Origin: Candidatus Moraniibacteriota bacterium
GTDB lineage: Bacteria; Patescibacteriota; Minisyncoccia; Moranbacterales; GCA-2747515
Length of the DNA: 64,000 nt
Assembly: GCA_046116545.1 (NCBI GenBank)
Contig: CP175956.1
Location: forward strand, 513,734 to 577,733
Direction: 5' to 3'
Shown: one piece after another, positions 59,618-64,000 of the stretch
How positions within the stretch are numbered: position 1 is the stretch's first letter
How the letters are laid out: each line of letters begins with the position of its first letter
Position numbers and translations under genes: made by a program
Notes under the pieces: model-generated
The model's database searches: none
Told to the model about the DNA's origin: nothing
The model's input: the letters and a program-made list of their open reading frames with translations, nothing else

Positions 59618-61387
59618 TTACAGTTCTTTAGGTTTTAGTATCTCTGTGTAGAGTTGTAAGTTGTCACCAAGCTTGATTTTAGTTTCACCTTTGAATGTTA
59701 AGCCACATTCTTTATCTTTTTTCACTTCGTCTATGTCAACTTTATTGTGTTGCAAGTTTGTTAATTCACCAGTTCCAATTTGATTTTCTTTTCTGAAAAT
59801 ATCAATCTTTACATCCTTAGCAACAATTTTACCTTTAGTTACTTTACCGCCAATAATCATCCTATCTTTTTCTGTAAAAAATACACCAAGCACTTCAAGT
59901 TCTCCGATATCAGTTCGCTCTATTTCGTCAGGTAGCATAGCTACTAGTCTTTCCTTTATATCATCAACTAATTCATAAATAACTTTGTATGTTGATATTG
60001 TAACTTCAGCATCAGTAGCCATTCGTCCTGCAACTGGACTTACAGAAACATTAAATCCATAGAGGATAGCTTCAGAACTACTAGCCATACGTACATCTGA
60101 TTCTGTTACATTTCCAACTCCAGTATCTATATAATTTACAGCAACTTTTCCTTGGGGAATTGCACCAAGTATTTGGGCTATAGCCTCAATAGATCCTTGA
60201 ACATCTGATTTTATAATTATATTTAATTTTGGAATACCATCATTGTCAGTAATGCTTTTGACTTGTTTTTTATCACCAGTCAATTTACTAGCAACATTTT
60301 GAGATTTAAGACGAGCGCTCCTCTTTGCGTTGGCAACTTGGATGACATCATTTGTTTCAGCAGTATCAGTAAGTCCAAATATTACAACTGGAGTTGATGG
60401 AGGTGCTTTTTCCATAGGGTCACCTCTGTGATTTTCCATTCTTCGTATACGACCATAAGTCTTTCCAGCATTTACATCTTGACCAACTTTCAAAGTTCCA
60501 GTTTTCACAACTGCAGTAGCAACAGGTCCTTTTTGAGGATCTTTATGAGATTCAAGTATAATAGCTAATCCATCACGAGTAGAATTTGCTTTGAAGTCTT
60601 CTACTTCGGCAAGTAATAAAATACTTTCAAGTATATCAGTTACACCAATATTATTTTTAGCACTTATTTCATTGCAAATAACTTTTCCACCCCATTCTTC
60701 TATCATAATGTCATGTTCAGCTAGTTCTTGCTTTACTCTTGCTGTGTTTGCATTGGGTTTGTCAATTTTATTTATAGCGACAATTGTTGGAATTTTCTTT
60801 GCTGTTAAATATTTGATGACCTCTTTTGTTTGTGGACGTACGCCATCGTCAGCAGCAACAACTAATACAGCAATATCAGCAATAGAAACACCTCGTTCAC
60901 GCATAGCAGCAAATGCTTCATGTCCTGGAGTATCAATAAATGTAATGTGCTTTCCTCGTTTTTTTACTTGATAAGCACTAATATGTTGAGTTATTCCTCC
61001 TGATTCACTACTTGCAACAGATGCTTGTCTTAATGTATCTAGTAGTGTTGTTTTACCATGATCAACATGTCCTAGGATTGTAACAATCGGAGGACGACTC
61101 TCTAATTTTTCATCAGATCTTTTTTCTTTTTCACAAATATCAAGAACTTTTTCAAGTGTCATCATTTCATCATCACCAACTTCTAAGTCTTCGCTAACAG
61201 AGTAACCCATATCTTCGGCGATTATAGCAGCTGTATCATAATCTACCTCTTCGTTAATAGTTGCCATGATGCCATTTTGCATAAGTTCAGTAATAAGTTC
61301 TGTTGCAGGAATATCAAGAATTTCCGCAAACTTTTTTACAGTTACAGTTGATGGTATTTTAACAGCTTTAATTTCTTCTTCAGTCAT
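59618..61387 (-). CDS. infB: Translation initiation factor IF-2 (short N-terminus)
   Basis: GHVDHGKT, GGITQHI, DTPGHEAF, NKID, DVQGS, ECG. Confidence 0.98.
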   Translation of the reverse strand: MTEEEIKAVKIPSTVTVKKFAEILDIPATELITELMQNGIMATINEEVDYDTAAIIAEDMGYSVSEDLEVGDDEMMTLEKVLDICEKEKRSDEKLESRPPIVTILGHVDHGKTTLLDTLRQASVASSESGGITQHISAYQVKKRGKHITFIDTPGHEAFAAMRERGVSIADIAVLVVAADDGVRPQTKEVIKYLTAKKIPTIVAINKIDKPNANTARVKQELAEHDIMIEEWGGKVICNEISAKNNIGVTDILESILLLAEVEDFKANSTRDGLAIILESHKDPQKGPVATAVVKTGTLKVGQDVNAGKTYGRIRRMENHRGDPMEKAPPSTPVVIFGLTDTAETNDVIQVANAKRSARLKSQNVASKLTGDKKQVKSITDNDGIPKLNIIIKSDVQGSIEAIAQILGAIPQGKVAVNYIDTGVGNVTESDVRMASSSEAILYGFNVSVSPVAGRMATDAEVTISTYKVIYELVDDIKERLVAMLPDEIERTDIGELEVLGVFFTEKDRMIIGGKVTKGKIVAKDVKIDIFRKENQIGTGELTNLQHNKVDIDEVKKDKECGLTFKGETKIKLGDNLQLYTEILKPKEL

Positions 61388-61407
61388 GATGCAATGATAT
61401 TAGTTGA

Positions 61408-61902
61408 TTAGTTAGCAGTTGCTATTACGGTTTTTTCTTCTTCAGTGAGTTCATTTTCTACAGGTTGTCCACTTGAAATTTCTTTTGTGTAAATTCTAGT
61501 ACCTTCTCTAGTATGCAGTGATGATAGAACTATTCCATCATCAGCACTATTTAGTAGTGCTAATGCAAAGCTTTGATTGCCAGCTCGCTCACCAAATGGA
61601 TTAAATCTTACTAGCCCAATCTTGTTAAGGCCTTTGTGAGATTGTTTATTTATGGTATTTGAAATATTGAAAAGTTCTTGTATTTCAGTGTCGAGTGTAA
61701 TGAGTTTTTTATTATTATTTAATAGAATTTCTTCCAGATCAACTCCTTTTTTGCCAGAAAATAATATGGCAATTTCTTTTTGAAGTTTAGTTATTCGAAA
61801 AAAATTTATTATAGAAATAATAAGTGTAACAAGCAATAATATTATTGCTATAACGCTTAATATTGCAATAATGCTTTGATTGGAAGAATAAAATTCAGTC
61901 AT
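61408..61902 (-). CDS. DUF4446 family protein
   Basis: N-terminal TM; VRFNPF...GNQSFA.ALL...DGIVLSSLH.R. Confidence 0.85.
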   Translation of the reverse strand: MTEFYSSNQSIIAILSVIAIILLLVTLIISIINFFRITKLQKEIAILFSGKKGVDLEEILLNNNKKLITLDTEIQELFNISNTINKQSHKGLNKIGLVRFNPFGERAGNQSFALALLNSADDGIVLSSLHTREGTRIYTKEISSGQPVENELTEEEKTVIATAN

Positions 61903-62004
61903 ATTACTATTGAATAATTATTAAAAATAATAGCATCAAAAACATGTCTTGTAAAGGAAAAAGCGCTTGTAAAGCGCTTTTTTATTATTAGTGTTTGAGC
62001 TTAA

Positions 62005-62784
62005 TTATTCTTGAAATAATATATCTAGATATTCCCAAAATTTAACACCACCACCAATTTCACCTATACATTCAGCAGCTTCTGATTTTGTACGTGCATT
62101 GGGATGAAGTCCGTCAATTGGGAAGTGACGAAATACCCATTTTACATCATCCTTATAATCTCCCATTAAATTCAGTGTAGATGTATGAAATTTCTTACAA
62201 AAAGGACAGTCTACATCAGAGTATTCTATTACAGTTATACGTGCATTCTCACCGCCTTTAATCCAGTCATCAGCAGTTACAGTGTCAATTTCTCTGTCAT
62301 TACTAATATCTTTTGCTTGTGGATCATTGCCAGCTAGTAAGTCATCAAAAAACTCTCTGATGCCTTTTTCTGTTTGTGCACCTGGTATTTCATAGATAGC
62401 ATCATCAATCAATACAAAACTATGAGGAGTTCCTTGTACACCAGCTTTTTTACCACTATCAATATCAGATTGTACAGCATCAGCATATCTTTTTTCTTCC
62501 ATGCATATATCAAATTCTTCTTTGTTTATATCCATAGAAACCAATGTTGCATCTAATGATAATTTAGGAACTGATTTTTTAGCTACAACTTTAGTTTTTT
62601 GTATAGGCGCTTGTTTTGGATTGAATTTACCAAACGATATCTTATTTGTAATTGTTCCGATTAATAAAAATAAGAGAACTATAGCAAGAGCACACATAGC
62701 ACCAAACCAAAATGAATGCCAATGTGTTCGGTAGCCAGTATCTTTATTTGAGCTTTCTTGAATTTTTTCTTTTTGTTTATCCAT
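62005..62784 (-). CDS. Membrane-anchored DsbA-family oxidoreductase with permuted domain order
   Basis: GVQGTP...IPGAQ precedes IEYSD.DCPFC...VFRHFP...H..A. Confidence 0.85.
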   Translation of the reverse strand: MDKQKEKIQESSNKDTGYRTHWHSFWFGAMCALAIVLLFLLIGTITNKISFGKFNPKQAPIQKTKVVAKKSVPKLSLDATLVSMDINKEEFDICMEEKRYADAVQSDIDSGKKAGVQGTPHSFVLIDDAIYEIPGAQTEKGIREFFDDLLAGNDPQAKDISNDREIDTVTADDWIKGGENARITVIEYSDVDCPFCKKFHTSTLNLMGDYKDDVKWVFRHFPIDGLHPNARTKSEAAECIGEIGGGVKFWEYLDILFQE

Positions 62785-62898
62785 AAAAATTTTATTAAAT
62801 TAAATGTAATTATATAGTAAGTATTTTTGAGATATTGTGCAAGAGTGAAATAGTAAAGTACTCTATTTGTAACTATTCAGATTTATTTAAGAACTATC

Positions 62899-63020
62899 GT
62901 TTTTGCGAACAGAAGTCATATTGTTTGTGCCACGTGAAGCAATCTTTGATAGATAATCAATAATCTCAAAGAGATTGCGTCGCTTAACTACATGAAATAT
63001 CTCAGCTACTCGCAAGGACA
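62899..63020. repeat. Degenerate copy of the RPE-like palindromic element
   Basis: GTTTTTGCGAAC...GAAGCAATCT...AGATTGCGTCGCT...CTCGCAAGGACA. Confidence 0.7.
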
Positions 63021-63084
63021 CTTATATTGCAGAAAATTGAAAATTCTTTTATTATGTAAATTATAAAACATAAATTAAAAAGAT

Positions 63085-63789
63085 ATGATTTCACAATATA
63101 CAGTTAATCTAATAGAAAAAAAGGAAATAGCAGAAAATACCTTTCAACTTATACTTACGAAACCAAAAGATTTTTCTTTCAGTCCAGGACAGTTTATGTT
63201 TCTTGATTTCCCCAATCCAGTAAACACTGACGATAATCCAACATTTCGAGCAATGTCTATAGCATCTTCACCATGTGAAGAAAACTTGATGTTTATAATG
63301 AGGGGGAGCGAAAGTGCATTTAAGCAAAATATGGAAGCAATGCAAATAGATGATCCAATCATAGTAAAGGGGCCAATGGGACACATAACACTTCCACAAA
63401 ATATAAATCAACCAATGGCATTTATAGTTGCTGGAGTAGGAATAACACCAGCAAGAGCAATGATAAAGCATGAAGAACATCAAAAAGTAGACAGGCAAGT
63501 AACACTTTTATATGCTAGTAAAACAAAAAATTCAATAGCCTTATTTGACGAATTAAAAAATGTAGAATTAAAAAACTATAATCCTGTATTTACGCTAACT
63601 AGAGAAGAAGGTGAATGGGATGGTGAAACAGGACGTATAAATGAAGAGATGATAAGAAAATATGTTGACGAGATAGAAAAAACAATGTACTATATTGTAG
63701 GTACGAAAGCATTCACTGAATCCATGAAAGAAATATTGGAAAATATGGGGATAGCAAAGGAAAACGTACAATTTGACAATTTTGGATAA
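63085..63789 (+). CDS. FAD/NAD(P)-binding ferredoxin reductase-like oxidoreductase
   Basis: F.PGQF, RAMSIASSP, GPMG, AGVGITP, GRIN, FDNF. Confidence 0.9.
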   Translation: MISQYTVNLIEKKEIAENTFQLILTKPKDFSFSPGQFMFLDFPNPVNTDDNPTFRAMSIASSPCEENLMFIMRGSESAFKQNMEAMQIDDPIIVKGPMGHITLPQNINQPMAFIVAGVGITPARAMIKHEEHQKVDRQVTLLYASKTKNSIALFDELKNVELKNYNPVFTLTREEGEWDGETGRINEEMIRKYVDEIEKTMYYIVGTKAFTESMKEILENMGIAKENVQFDNFG

Positions 63790-63810
63790 GGAACAGCAGT
63801 CAAATTGACT

Positions 63811-63883
63811 GCGGGTATAGTATAACGGCTCATTATGTCAGCCTTCCAAGCTGAAGATGCGGGTTCGATTCCCGCTACCCGCT
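63811..63883 (+). tRNA. tRNA-Gly (anticodon TCC), CCA not encoded
   Basis: GCGGGTA...TCAGC-CTTCCAA-GCTGA...GGTTCGATTCC...TACCCGCT. Confidence 0.97.
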
Positions 63884-64000
63884 CATTTTTCTACAAAAAC
63901 CGCTTGCTTAAGCGGTTTTTGTTTTGTGATATAATGAAGTATATAAATATAAAATAAAAACATGCATAGACAAATGTCAACTATAAAAGGTCTCGGGATA

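Noticed and set aside
1220-63498. Numerous antisense or nested ORFs in the track (e.g. 14176-14697, 39990-40559, 47188-47670, 60591-60971)
   Set aside because: Shadows of well-supported genes on the opposite strand or in another frame.
1-64000. CRISPR array, prophage, integrase or IS transposase
   Set aside because: No regularly spaced direct repeats and no cas, phage or transposase-like ORFs seen.
63962-64000. Start of a further CDS at the window end
   Set aside because: Only 13 codons visible; cannot be identified.

Overview
AT-rich bacterial chromosome segment containing the replication origin (jag-yidC-rnpA-rpmH <oriC> dnaA-dnaN). Gene content and style (short IF2, DUF4446, degenerate DHH protein, 7TM/ATP-grasp locus, lamin-tail surface protein, tRNAs without CCA, core genes without Shine-Dalgarno) suggest a Patescibacteria/CPR (Parcubacteria-like) genome. 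That assignment is inference, not a database result. Most of the window is housekeeping (PBP1A, ruvABC, polA, holA, metG, nrdAB, infB, cca, two tRNAs) interspersed with orphans. The most notable observations are: (1) an unannotated Cys-rich leader peptide (MACCCSSYCESC) with a complete 1:2/2:3/3:4 attenuator upstream of cysteine synthase; (2) a recurring promoter + boxA-like + strong SD cassette in front of orphan/accessory genes, while core genes lack SD; (3) a promoter- and terminator-bounded ~300-nt structured RNA between ruvB and pilB; (4) an apparently circularly permuted DsbA; (5) a tandem-fused double PilB/GspE ATPase; (6) a four-ATP-grasp cluster beside PBP1A; (7) several palindromic repeat families, two copies of which are translated inside tatD and tsaE. 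All calls were made by eye from motifs.
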